The notes under the pieces are model-generated. The model ran no database searches. It saw only the letters and a program-made list of their open reading frames with translations, and was not told the origin of the DNA. Source: Epithemia pelagica (lineage: Eukaryota; Protista; Bacillariophyta). Taken from it: a stretch of DNA of 64,000 nucleotides. Made by a program: the position numbers and the translations under genes. Positions 13,130-23,871 of the stretch are shown here, one piece after another. The stretch is from the NCBI GenBank assembly GCA_946965045.2, contig OX337231.1:682001-746000 (forward strand). The letters run 5' to 3'. Numbering within the stretch: position 1 is the stretch's first letter; each line of letters begins with the position of its first letter.

Positions 13130-14752
13130 TCAGGCTTGCTTCGCCTGTTTAAGGATCGCCTGGAGGGTGGTAGATTTCTTAGGTGGTTGTGGATTGGCGG
13201 TAGAGGGTGGCGGAGGGAGAGCCAACTGTGATTGCATTGTGGCTTGAACGATAGAGGCAATTTGAGCCTGCAAATCATTGGCCTGTTCCTCCTCCTCTGC
13301 CTTTTGAGCAAACTTCTTGAGCTCGTTTGCCACCACAGATGCCAATTGGCGTTTAGCCGACTTGGCTTTGCCATTCTTCCCACTATTGGGTTTTCCGTCG
13401 CCATTCTTCTTCTTCGGCTTTGACTCGCGCCAGAGTCGAAGTTCATCCTTTTGGGCATTGGTGAGTTTGTCGTACTCAGCAGGGGTGTGGTAACGAAGAT
13501 GCACTCCTGTTTTCCCAATGCTTGTTTTCTTTGGCTGTGTGGTGGTTGAGCCTACCTCGGCCGTCGTCGATGCTTGCTCCTCATCTGCTTCGACGGACGA
13601 AATCTGAGCTGCATTTCGTTTGTTGTTACTCGCTGCGGCCCTCTTCTTGGCCACCGGATCATACGGTAGCAGATGGGCAGCAGCAGATTCAAAATTGTTT
13701 CGCATGCCATTAGGGTCATTGTCCGTTCTGACACTTGCCATGGCTGTTTGGAGTCCGGCATCAGAGCATTGGATGCCTTCCAATAGATAGCCAACACGTG
13801 TGTGTTCGTTGGGCAACTGGTAAGATACGTGTTCAGCACATTGCTGCATAGAAACATAAGCATTTCGATGCTGTGCGATGAAACCCTCGAGTGGAAAACT
13901 GCTTTGTCCTTTCCATACACGTTGGTGGAGGAGATCGTCTTGTCGTTTGATCTCTGCCTCCCACTTATCCTGACCAGCATACTGACTTGTAAGTGCCATC
14001 CAGGCACCTCGACCATCTTTTCCTCGCTGATAGGGCTTGATGGATGCCGCATACGTCGTCCCTCTAGTTGCTTCCTCGAGGTGGTAGTATACTGCCGCAT
14101 TATCTTCACGGTACAATTCATGGTCATGGGATGCACGCGCCACAAGTTCAACTTCAATTGAGCCATACTCCGTCGAATGGGGCTTATTGGCTGCTTGTGC
14201 TGGCGGTACAACTGGAACATCCATGTCTTGTCTGGTGACATAAGCTAGAGGGATTGTTCTCACTCCAATCACACGATTGAGATAATCTTGAAAGGCTTCG
14301 GTCCATTTCATGATTGGCAGCGCCTTGCTGATCTTGGGAATCTCGGGTTCATCCCCTTCCTTCCGTGACTTCAATGCCTTCCACTGTGACTCAAAATTCT
14401 TCATGACCTGGGTCCAACGCATGTTGTTTGCTGTCATGTCACGCCCAACAGTATTGTAGTACCTGACCAGTTCGCATGCCACAGATAGGCGATGCTGGGA
14501 TTTGGCACCAAAAACAAAGGATGGTGTAGGGATTGTTGCTCCAGGGGCCGCACCAGGGGTTGGGTCTGGAATCCTTCCTCCCGGTTTCCTGAGATTGTCC
14601 GCTACTTGCTGGAGCGTATCCTTATCGAAGTCGGCTAAGTCGGAAAGTGTCGTGATTCCCTCAACTTGAAGTTGAGTTACAGTAGCCTGTGGGATGCCCA
14701 TTTGGTCGGCATCGCGAAAGAAAGATGTCGTTTGGGCAGCAGTTAGTACCAT
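13130..14752 (-). CDS. gag: Copia-1 Gag
   Basis: MVLTAAQTT...EGITTLSDLADFD...KWTEAF..YL..VIGVRTIPLAYV, as in diatom Copia Gag. The first ATG outside the LTR is at 14752. Ends in TGA. Confidence 0.85.
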   Translation of the reverse strand: MVLTAAQTTSFFRDADQMGIPQATVTQLQVEGITTLSDLADFDKDTLQQVADNLRKPGGRIPDPTPGAAPGATIPTPSFVFGAKSQHRLSVACELVRYYNTVGRDMTANNMRWTQVMKNFESQWKALKSRKEGDEPEIPKISKALPIMKWTEAFQDYLNRVIGVRTIPLAYVTRQDMDVPVVPPAQAANKPHSTEYGSIEVELVARASHDHELYREDNAAVYYHLEEATRGTTYAASIKPYQRGKDGRGAWMALTSQYAGQDKWEAEIKRQDDLLHQRVWKGQSSFPLEGFIAQHRNAYVSMQQCAEHVSYQLPNEHTRVGYLLEGIQCSDAGLQTAMASVRTDNDPNGMRNNFESAAAHLLPYDPVAKKRAAASNNKRNAAQISSVEADEEQASTTAEVGSTTTQPKKTSIGKTGVHLRYHTPAEYDKLTNAQKDELRLWRESKPKKKNGDGKPNSGKNGKAKSAKRQLASVVANELKKFAQKAEEEEQANDLQAQIASIVQATMQSQLALPPPPSTANPQPPKKSTTLQAILKQAKQA

Positions 14753-14799
14753 GGTGATGTAGTTCACTCGAAAAATCGGAACGAATGGGTCTGATAAAC

Positions 14800-14962
14800 T
14801 ACTAAAAGTTCGCTTATCAGAAAGATTATACACTTGTTACATGAAATCTACCCTGATCCACAGGTGGGAGTCTTACACAGCTCCTGCCAAAATCGGCCAC
14901 ATAGCCGGGGTAGTTTCGACACATTTGTCATGCATTGCCAAATATCGGCCACAATTTCAACA
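14800..14962 (-). repeat. Copia-1 5' LTR (163 bp, TG...TA)
   Basis: Same sequence as 8288-8450. Confidence 0.9.
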
Positions 14963-15153
14963 TTTCGACGAATGAGCATCTCATGATCTCGTCTGTTGAA
15001 GAAAAGAGATCCGTCGCATTCCCAAACAACAACCAAAGAAGAGACAGACGCAATTAGCTAACACCAAACAGAATCTCTGTTGCGAGAGCCAAAAGAGATA
15101 CTCGACGACAGGAAGAACGATTGGAGGGCATCCAATAACAACCAACTAACCAA

Positions 15154-16428
15154 ATGACATCCCTCTGGAAGAATCTTTGGCAATCTGGCAATGGGACGCC
15201 TGCCCTAAGAAAGAAACTCGATCAAGATTGTCAGAGTTGCCATTCAAAACTCACATCTTCTTCCATGTTCAGAAGCGTTTGGCCCTCTTCGACCAAATAC
15301 AAGTTGGTCGTTCTCTTTTTAGTCACTACTGCCGTCTTTCTCGTTTCCTTCTTGCCCGGCAACCGAACGACGAGGAAATCACAATCCCAACAACTCCGCA
15401 GTTTCTCCAACCCCACTCAGGCAGATGATAGTTCGAGATCCGAGTCTGGGCCGTACTTTGTCACTATTATTGGTGCCGGTGCCTCCGGTCTCAGTGCGGC
15501 GTACAAACTGCAACAAGAGGGTATCACCAATGTCGTCATTTTGGAAGCGGCAAACGACATTGGAGGCCGCGTCAAAAAGGATACATCCTTTGTCGATGGA
15601 TATCCCATTGAATTGGGAGCGACCATTGTCAACGATCCGGATACCGTGACAAAAGTGGCCGGTCATCGATTCAAATTTAATCGAGTGGATCAAGGAGAAT
15701 TGACCTTTTCGAATTATAGTTTTTACGACTTTTTTGCGCACGATGTGGCCGACAAGTTGGATGCCACGATTTTGCTAAATTGTCAAGTTACGGAAGTCAA
15801 TTATGTCGGTCTCAAAGTCAAGGTTGAGTGTTCAGATGGACGAACCTTCTTGTCCAAATATACGATTGTCACGGTACCCCTCCAAATTCTTCGAGATGAA
15901 GACATTGAGTTTGTGCCACCGCTCCCCAATCGGTTGGTGAAACGACATCCAGGAGAAATGTTGGAAGGAATCAAAGTATTTATCAAGTTTTCCCGCCATT
16001 GGTTTCCACGAAAATCCTTTTGCATTGTCCGATGTCCGGCCGAAACCGAGGATGGCGAAAGCTACTTTTGGGATTATGGTGTCCCTCACGAAACCCTCTT
16101 GGTGGGGTTGCTCATGGGCACACCGCTGTTGGATACCTATGAGGATATGGACCAGGACGAAATTATTCAAGATTTGTTGCGACGTATGGAACGCAAGTTT
16201 CGGCAACCTGTCCGACGATATTACGAAAGCCATTTGATTTACAATTGGACCGACCAGCCCTTTATTCGGGGGACCTATTCCACGAAAGGACTGGAAGGGC
16301 CGCACAGTGTACGCGACAAGGTCTTTTTGGCCGGGGAAGCCTATCCAGTAGAACAAGAGGAACATGGATGGGTTCATGGTGCCTTCAATTCTGGCAAAGC
16401 GGCTGCCGAGATGATTTTGGAGTTGTAA
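15154..16428 (+). CDS. Flavin-containing amine oxidase family protein with an N-terminal membrane anchor
   Basis: IIGAGASGLSAA (FAD binding), EA..IGGR, IELGAT, TIVTVPL, FLAGEAY...GWVHGAFNSG. Confidence 0.88.
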   Translation: MTSLWKNLWQSGNGTPALRKKLDQDCQSCHSKLTSSSMFRSVWPSSTKYKLVVLFLVTTAVFLVSFLPGNRTTRKSQSQQLRSFSNPTQADDSSRSESGPYFVTIIGAGASGLSAAYKLQQEGITNVVILEAANDIGGRVKKDTSFVDGYPIELGATIVNDPDTVTKVAGHRFKFNRVDQGELTFSNYSFYDFFAHDVADKLDATILLNCQVTEVNYVGLKVKVECSDGRTFLSKYTIVTVPLQILRDEDIEFVPPLPNRLVKRHPGEMLEGIKVFIKFSRHWFPRKSFCIVRCPAETEDGESYFWDYGVPHETLLVGLLMGTPLLDTYEDMDQDEIIQDLLRRMERKFRQPVRRYYESHLIYNWTDQPFIRGTYSTKGLEGPHSVRDKVFLAGEAYPVEQEEHGWVHGAFNSGKAAAEMILEL

Positions 16429-16868
16429 TGCCTCAAATGTGGTTCTCAAGTTTTGTTTCATTAGTTACGAGTAGAAAAGAGAGTTTAAACGTGTTATCAT
16501 TTAATACCGAATTTATTTGTTATTCGTGCGACTTTAAGAGACGGTGATACGCAAGGTGAAAGCGCGCAGTACCATCGTAGATCGTGACGTCGTAGCCGTA
16601 TGGATAGTTTGACGACGACATTACTGTTCTGCACCTCAACACGGCGCGGCTTTTAGCAACCCGATCTCCATCTCCAGTCTACAGGGACGGTATGAGAGTG
16701 CGTCTACCTCAGGAACACACGATGTCTTCAAGATCTCTCGAGGAATCCATGGTTGACGTCCAATCCTATCAAAAGTATTCTCTAGTAATCTATCCAAACA
16801 TTTTGACTGTCCCAAACAGTTTAACACATCCATCAACCCAGCCCCCGATTGTCTTGTCCCTCTCCCCC

Positions 16869-18332
16869 TTAGTGTGAGATTCTGCCAGCAGCATGATGAT
16901 GATGATGCTGCCGTCGTCCTCGTTTTCGTCGTTCAAGGGACAGGATCATGCGGGCCGCGGCCCTTCCGGAATTAAAGGCTCCATGAACCCATCCATTTTG
17001 TTCTTGCGTCAAGGGATAGGCTTCTCCGGCCATAAAGAGTTGATCCTGGACATTGTGCGGCCCTTCCAATCCCAAACTGGCATATGTGCCTCGCACAAAG
17101 GGTTGGGCCGTCCAATTGACAAACAAATGACGATGATACCATTTGGAAATGGGTTCCCCATGAAACTTTTTCTCCATTTTCCGTAACAAATACGAGACAA
17201 TTTCCTGTTCCGACATGTTTTGGAATCGTTCCATGGGATGTCCCATGACCAAACCAGCCAATACGTGTTGATCCGGCACTCCATAATCCCAAAAGTAGCT
17301 TTCTCCAATGGGCGTTTCGCCTGGACATTCCAAGAGACAAAAGATTTCATCGCGGAACCATGGTTTGGAGAATTGCAAAAAGATTTTAAAGCCCGACCAC
17401 ATTTTACCCGGATGGTCTTCCACGAGGTTTCTGGGCAAACGAGGTTGAAAGGAAATATCACCCTCTTGCAAAATGGAAAGTGGGACTGTGACGACTGCAT
17501 AGTGAGCCGAAAAGCTTCGTCCATTGGCACAGACCACGTCGACGGGTTGGTCCGCCTCGTAGGTGACACGGGTCACTTGACATCCCAAGACAATATCGGA
17601 ATTCGGATCTTGTTCCAAAACACTGGCGACATGTTCGGAAAAGAAATCGGTATAGGTGTAATTGGACAAGAAGAGTTCTCCATTGGGAGTTTCGTCATAT
17701 TTGAGTTTGCGTCCGGCAATCGTGTTGAGGGTGTCCGGTTCATGCACGACCGTGGCACCCAATTCAATCGGATAGTGTACAAAGGAGGTATCTTTCCACA
17801 TGCGACCGCCAATTCGATGGGAGGCTTCCACGACAACAATGTTGGGAATGCCCTGTTGATACAATTCATAGGCGGCACTGAGACCAGCCGCACCAGCGCC
17901 AATCACAATGGCAAACCAGGCTGGACGTTGTCCCTCTGTCGTCATCATGGAGGAGGATGGAGGAAGGGGACCGTTGCGCAAGGAGGCTTGTCGCAGTTGA
18001 TTCTTGGTCACTGACGTACCCAATAGATTCAGGGACGACGCAATGCGGTCGTCCTCCTCCCCGATTGTGACGGAAGGTTCGGCCCTAAAATCACCCACGG
18101 AGAAACAAAGCATCATGATCATCATCAAGATGGCGGCCATGGTGGTCGATATACCCACTTGACCATACGTTCGTGTCAATGTTTGGAGCCAAGTTGGTAT
18201 ATTTTTGGAGCCATTCTTGTCATACTTTTCTAAATTCTCATTGCTTTGCGATCGGTGCTGCCACGGTTGTTCTTTTGGTGGTGATACAGTCACTCGGTTC
18301 TGAACGGGGGAAGAATTGTTTTGTAGCAGCAT
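16869..18332 (-). CDS. Flavin-containing amine oxidase paralog, convergent with the first copy
   Basis: VIGAGAAGLSAA, IGGR, IELGAT, FMAGEAY...GWVHGAFNSG. First ATG at 18332 (the ORF track start at 18479 is TTG). Confidence 0.88.
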   Translation of the reverse strand: MLLQNNSSPVQNRVTVSPPKEQPWQHRSQSNENLEKYDKNGSKNIPTWLQTLTRTYGQVGISTTMAAILMMIMMLCFSVGDFRAEPSVTIGEEDDRIASSLNLLGTSVTKNQLRQASLRNGPLPPSSSMMTTEGQRPAWFAIVIGAGAAGLSAAYELYQQGIPNIVVVEASHRIGGRMWKDTSFVHYPIELGATVVHEPDTLNTIAGRKLKYDETPNGELFLSNYTYTDFFSEHVASVLEQDPNSDIVLGCQVTRVTYEADQPVDVVCANGRSFSAHYAVVTVPLSILQEGDISFQPRLPRNLVEDHPGKMWSGFKIFLQFSKPWFRDEIFCLLECPGETPIGESYFWDYGVPDQHVLAGLVMGHPMERFQNMSEQEIVSYLLRKMEKKFHGEPISKWYHRHLFVNWTAQPFVRGTYASLGLEGPHNVQDQLFMAGEAYPLTQEQNGWVHGAFNSGRAAARMILSLERRKRGRRQHHHHHAAGRISH

Positions 18333-19726
18333 GATGGAGAAGAGCGAGTTTGGTGGCACTCGCACCCCCCAAAAAAGCAATTCCGAGTCTCGTAGATCGT
18401 CCAGTGTTGCTGTAATCGATTCTCTCTCCTCCTGGATCGATTTACCACTACCACAACACCAACAGGCTTGTTCTGGCAATCAATCACCACACAACCCCCA
18501 CCGTTAGTTTGCTTGTTAGTTTGCCTTTCTTGCTTCCTGCTTGCCTTGTGTGAAACGAATCAATTGATCCTTTGGTTGAAACTTGTTCCAACTGCAGAGG
18601 GCTGTTCTCCTCCCATTGGTTATGATGGTAGTGGCCGGTAGACTAGCTTTCTGTTGAGAATAATTTCTCGACGAATATCTCGCCAAAACAAGATCTGTTT
18701 TCGGCCGGGATTAGAAATTTCAAGGACTTTTTAGTGGGTTCAAGGACAAAGACTTGAAGTCTTGAGAACCACGCCGAGGTTCTCCTGCCAAGGCAAACAC
18801 GTCAATAGAATAGAGGACAATCTTGTAAATGCCAATTAGTTTCCGTGATCTGGATTCAAACCAATTTTGTGGGTCCAACAGTGACGGAAAGAAGGAAGGA
18901 AACAACGTCTATCTTCAAGTAACACTACATCTTAGCGCGCCATTCCAGGCAGCGTTTGGTAGGACCACATGCTCGGTAAAATTATATGTCTACTCCCTCT
19001 TTAGTTCCGGAAAATAATGGCGCTAGAGTGTAATGGGAATGAGAATGTCCCAGTTCCCACAGTTGCCATTCGCTCTGGTCATTCGCGTCATCCGCAGTCG
19101 CTGGGTCCATGTTCGACAAAGATTCAGTCGCTCATTACCCTCTCGATCGTCATCCCTCGCTCTAGAGAGGGGAAGCAACAATAGGCCTACTAGAGTAGTA
19201 GTATATCAATGGTTCCAAGGACAAAGAAAAGCTTCAAGCCGCCACTTTGTGAACAGAGGAAATAATATATGGATCATCCTTTGCGCACAGAGGAGCGACT
19301 TGAAACGTTACTTATTCCTCAGATTCCTTTCACAACCAGGTCGTTCCTTGCCGCTCAGTTCCGTTCCATGCTCCGAAACAGGAATAAATGTTCTGGTTCT
19401 GCGGTCCAAAGTCGTCCTTGGACCACAAACCCAGAAATCACAACTGTTTCCACCGAACGGATCACAGACAGTAGTGGGGGACACACACGCAACACACCGC
19501 CAGAGATCCTGATTGACCGACGGCCTCCACGACGGTCCGCTGCTGTGGGTGGTGATTTCCAAGAGGAAATGGTCCGACTCTCTATCCTTCATACAATTCG
19601 ACAGAGTGTATGTTGCGTACAGAGGAACAGAAACAGGATAATAACCCACCGTTGCATGTCGACCACCTTTTCCAACACCAACGTTTGAAGACGACGTTTG
19701 CACCGGAACAATCACAACAGGATACC

Positions 19727-20977
19727 TTAGGGCAATCCGTCGCTAAATAGTTCGACCGTCTTGCCGCCGCGTTCCAACGAAGCCACCAGCAAAGCCGCAG
19801 CATCTACATCATACTGCTGCTGTTCCTTGGAATCCATGCCCTGAGTTGTGTTGGGAGGACAGCCGTCATCGCTACCCACATCGGAAGAAGGGCATGTCGG
19901 CATTAGTTTCGTCCCGTGATACGACGAGTAGTTTATGGCCGACTTGAGTGCCAAGAGCCAGGGATCGGGCAAGGAATTTCCAGTCGTTACTCTGGCTTTT
20001 GCGACAATGGGCTCACCTTTCTTCTTTCCAGGCCAAGGGGTTGGTACTTGAATTTTTGTCTGACTTCCGTCCTGAATGCGTTCAACGAGTGCCTTCCACC
20101 TCTTGAGACTGACATTCTTGGACGAATTTAGTTCTTCCTGGGTAAAATTCTCCAAGACATTATTCTGCTTGATGGAGCCCGCTATCCCTTTGACAAAAGC
20201 CTCCAGGAGTGCTCTGGCTAGCTCAATGTCAGCGGCTGTGCAACGTTCGGGTGAATACTTCAAGACTTCCTGGTGCACCAATCGACTTGCTTTGCCAAAT
20301 GCGACGGCCAACACGTCGTACTCCGTCGCAACCTCAGCACTCTGGGCCCAGTTTTTGACTTGTGGTAGTGTGAGAATGGGTATCACCAGGATACTTGGTG
20401 TCTCGGTGTCAAAGAATTCTCCCTGGAGTTTGAGATAAAACTTGTTATATTTGCTCCCTTTAAGTGATGAGAGCTGAACGCCCCTAACGCCCATGAGAAC
20501 CTTGCGCCGTTTCATCTTGGGTGCGCGAGCGAAGGGAAACACGCTGCATATCTCATCTTCAAAGTACTTCCCAACCGCTGCTTCACCGAGAAAGCCAAAG
20601 GCCTTGTGACACACTTGGGCATGTGACAAGAGATGAGCAGCTTGGGTGCCAGCAAGGTTGCCGAAAGCATCCACTTTCTCGGCATTCCCAACCTGATTCG
20701 TGGAACCTGATTGCGACCCGTTGCTCATTTTCTGATCCACGTGCTCGTAGCAGTTTCGGTACAGCATACCTTGCCCTTCTTCTCGACGAATCACATCAAA
20801 CTCATGGGTCGAAATCTCATGGTCGGCTGCGGTCCACAAAGACTCTAACGGAGTCCAGTGCTTGCCGTCGACGCGGGCATCTCGTTCGTCCGCGGGTAGT
20901 TGCTGGAGGAAATTGGCTGTTTCGTCCAGAATTTCATTCAGGGACTTGTTGGTTCCGTTCCACACTCCATCTCCCAT
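19727..20977 (-). CDS. Putative HNH-type endonuclease domain protein (Crinkler/fungal HNH_2-like)
   Basis: AAHLLSH ... NKFYLKLQGEFFD ... LPDPWLLALKSA resembles the AHI.P / N.L.L....H..FD / P.P.LL..H pattern of HNH_2-family proteins. Recognised by eye; the second His is not conserved. Confidence 0.5.
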   Translation of the reverse strand: MGDGVWNGTNKSLNEILDETANFLQQLPADERDARVDGKHWTPLESLWTAADHEISTHEFDVIRREEGQGMLYRNCYEHVDQKMSNGSQSGSTNQVGNAEKVDAFGNLAGTQAAHLLSHAQVCHKAFGFLGEAAVGKYFEDEICSVFPFARAPKMKRRKVLMGVRGVQLSSLKGSKYNKFYLKLQGEFFDTETPSILVIPILTLPQVKNWAQSAEVATEYDVLAVAFGKASRLVHQEVLKYSPERCTAADIELARALLEAFVKGIAGSIKQNNVLENFTQEELNSSKNVSLKRWKALVERIQDGSQTKIQVPTPWPGKKKGEPIVAKARVTTGNSLPDPWLLALKSAINYSSYHGTKLMPTCPSSDVGSDDGCPPNTTQGMDSKEQQQYDVDAAALLVASLERGGKTVELFSDGLP

Positions 20978-21945
20978 TGCGCTCTTCTCTCATCCAATGG
21001 TGCTGCCTTGCTGCTTCTACCCTGGCCCTTGCCAGTGTTTTGTCGTGTCCCCTTCCACTTCCTACGCGTGGTGGTGATGGAGCCTCTTTGTCTCCATTGA
21101 GTGGGAAACACACAAGAGAAAAGGGACGTGGCTATATCCTTCGAACCTTCTTGGTGATAAGGACCTGACTGGAAAGAGTCGGTCCAGTAGTCGCATCCTC
21201 CGAAATCCCCGAGGATCTCTTCCCACAAAAAACGAAACACTGTCAAACAACGATCACACCCAACGACGACCAACATCATCCTCCGGGGCGCGCAAAAAGT
21301 GCTCCCACGGCGAACCGTTCGTCAAAATTCCACGGACTAGCTACACCTCGAGCGATCCACCAAACTGCACTTCCGATCATTTTCGCTAGGCAGACGAGTG
21401 TCGAGAGCTGGATAGTTTAGGGGAACCATGACCAAGACAATAGCCCTGGACATCGATCCAGGGTTGGACATGCACGTGCGTGTGGTTTGGTGACCACAAC
21501 ATCGTCCTATCCAAATTTGTGGGGGAGTGTCTAAGTATTCTTGAGCGAGGCTGCTTCAACGGAGCAATTCCTAAGCAGGTACTTCACGCGTGGTGTCTCG
21601 GAAACCTTCCTCAACGGATGCTGGCCGGCGTGGTCGGAAACTGGTATTCGTAATGCGGTCGTAGAATCGAGCGTGCTCGTTGTTGGTATTTGTGTACAAT
21701 ATGGTGTGACCGTACACGGCGGCGGTTCCGGTTCTGCCCTACAATAAGTAATAAGTGTGGCGGCTCTCTCTCAATGTGCGTTTGGTGGTTGGAAGCAAAA
21801 AGGTAGATGCCGTTGCGGTTTCGTTTCGTGAATTTTGGGAAATAATCCGACCAGAGAGACCCCATTCATTTTTTTGTGGAGCATTCATCTCGACCACCAT
21901 TCCACAAATCATTTGACTTGCTACAACAACAACAACAACAACAAC

Positions 21946-23871
21946 ATGGCTGAAAATCTCGCCCTGATGGAAGCGCATCAATGTCCAGTGGAATCTTCCG
22001 AACCGAGATTGGACGACCCACCTCCTCATCGAACGACGACAATGGAGGAAAAGGAAGCGGAAGATGACTTGGTGGTGGAAACGGAGAGAGATACGTTGAC
22101 GGTTGTTTCATCATCGCCATCCTCATTGCAAGAAGAAGAAGAACAAGAGGAACCAGCAATAAACGAAGCTTGGTCTCGTTCCGCCGCAGCCGCTGCGGGA
22201 GAACGGTTGAGACGACACGCCACGGTGGCCCAACAAAGTCAGCTCGAACGACACCATGCCACAACATTGGTGGTGGAAGGTAGCCGCCGCCCAAGTGCCT
22301 CGTTCAACCGCCTGTCCGGTACGACGGTGGTACGACCCGGCCGATTGACCCGTCACGACGAGGACGCACTCTTGTCTCATCGTCGACGACGAATGGTATC
22401 GCCGTCGCACTTGACGCTTCCTTCCTTGTCACGTTCTACCGAAGACGGCGATCATCATGACTCCAATCCTCACGATCAATCACCCACATCAACAACAACA
22501 CCTCCCGAATCCACGAGACATGTACCAACACCCACTCGGGCGGCCTGGCATCCTCGAGACGTGGCGCTCTTGTCACGGACGGTTCGATCCATGGCTCGGT
22601 TGGCTGCCTTGCATGAAACCAAACGCTACGACACGACACAACCCATGCTCCAAGAACTGGGACTGATGGAGCGTTGGACGGACGAGGCCGATTCCTTACG
22701 GGAACCGTTGGTGGCCGCCCATGGAATTCCCATTCTCTTGAATGTGGTGCGGGTCTTTGGCTCGCACGCGCCTGTACTCGTCAAGGTGTGCAATATCATT
22801 ACCTACCTGGCACGCAATGGGACCTGCTTGCGAGCTCTTTCCATACAACCCACCATTGAAAGTGTCTTGACAGCCATGGGACGACATGGCCACCATTCCT
22901 TGTTGCAAGCACGAGCGTGTAACGCGCTCAACAATTTGGCCATGCGAGCCGAAAACCGAATACGCATTGCGCAAATCCAAGGGATTCCACTGATTTTACG
23001 GGGAATGGAGAAACATGCCAAAAATCCCGAAGTGCAAGCCAATGGATGCAATTGCTTGTGGAATCTCTCCATTTGGCCACCCAATCGACCCTTGATTGCC
23101 CAAGCCAAGGGTGTCGTTCGCATTCTACAGGCCATGAAGGATCACATTCAAGATCCGGCCTTGTTTGGAGAAGGTTGTGGGGCCTTGTGGAATTTGGCTG
23201 ACCATCCTCCCACGCGACTGGAAATTTTGCGAGGCGGGGGGATTGCCACCATTTGTCAGGCCATGGAACTACACGGTCATCATTCGTTTGTCATGAACCG
23301 TTTGTGTTGTGGAGCCTTGGAAAGCTTGTTGAATGACGATGATTGGGGACGAGTTCTCTTGTGGAAGCAACAAGAACCCAGTGGCATTGGTTTGGTCTTG
23401 TCGGCCATGCGAAACCGTCCCGGCGATGAGGAATTGCAATCGGCCGGGTGTGGGATATTGGCCCATTTTGCCATGGGCGATTTGATGCAATTGGCCATTC
23501 ATTCCTTTGTCGACACGGTCATTTCCCAGGGAGCGGTCCACGTCTTGTTGACGGCCCTTCAATCGCATCCCACCAGTGTCAAGGTCCAAGGACGGGCTTG
23601 TAGTGCCATTGGTGTCTTGAGTTATCATGGCCTGGCACGACACGACTTGGTCCAAGCGGGGGCGGTCCGCATTGTGGAACAAACCCTCTTGTGGGACAAT
23701 CACCACCACCATCATGCCATCACGGACAGTGTGGTCTTTGGAACGGCCGTGTTGGCCCTCAGTCAATTGACCACGACAACCACAACAACCACCCATGACA
23801 ACAACAACAACCACAACGACCAGCACTCGTCGAGCTGGCAACCGTACCATCATCCAGCTCCGGCAGCCTGA
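21946..23871 (+). CDS. Armadillo-repeat protein
   Basis: Repeated VQ..GC.AL.NL helices (LQARACNALNNL, VQANGCNCLWNL, LFGEGCGALWNL, LQSAGCGILAHF, VQGRACSAIGVL). The ATG follows a (CAA)n tract. Confidence 0.85.
   Translation: MAENLALMEAHQCPVESSEPRLDDPPPHRTTTMEEKEAEDDLVVETERDTLTVVSSSPSSLQEEEEQEEPAINEAWSRSAAAAAGERLRRHATVAQQSQLERHHATTLVVEGSRRPSASFNRLSGTTVVRPGRLTRHDEDALLSHRRRRMVSPSHLTLPSLSRSTEDGDHHDSNPHDQSPTSTTTPPESTRHVPTPTRAAWHPRDVALLSRTVRSMARLAALHETKRYDTTQPMLQELGLMERWTDEADSLREPLVAAHGIPILLNVVRVFGSHAPVLVKVCNIITYLARNGTCLRALSIQPTIESVLTAMGRHGHHSLLQARACNALNNLAMRAENRIRIAQIQGIPLILRGMEKHAKNPEVQANGCNCLWNLSIWPPNRPLIAQAKGVVRILQAMKDHIQDPALFGEGCGALWNLADHPPTRLEILRGGGIATICQAMELHGHHSFVMNRLCCGALESLLNDDDWGRVLLWKQQEPSGIGLVLSAMRNRPGDEELQSAGCGILAHFAMGDLMQLAIHSFVDTVISQGAVHVLLTALQSHPTSVKVQGRACSAIGVLSYHGLARHDLVQAGAVRIVEQTLLWDNHHHHHAITDSVVFGTAVLALSQLTTTTTTTTHDNNNNHNDQHSSSWQPYHHPAPAA

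Larger units (their letters stand above)
8288..14962 (-). mobile_element. Copia-1: full-length Ty1/Copia (CoDi-type) LTR retrotransposon, very recent insertion
   Basis: Two 163-bp direct repeats, identical by eye. Domain order gag-PR-INT-RT-RH. Polypurine tract AAGAGGAG abuts the 3' LTR. TTTC flanks both ends (8284-8287, 14963-14966). Confidence 0.95.

Noticed and set aside
14753-14833. Gag start at 14833 as in the ORF track
   Set aside because: It begins inside the LTR at a non-ATG codon. The first plausible ATG is at 14752.
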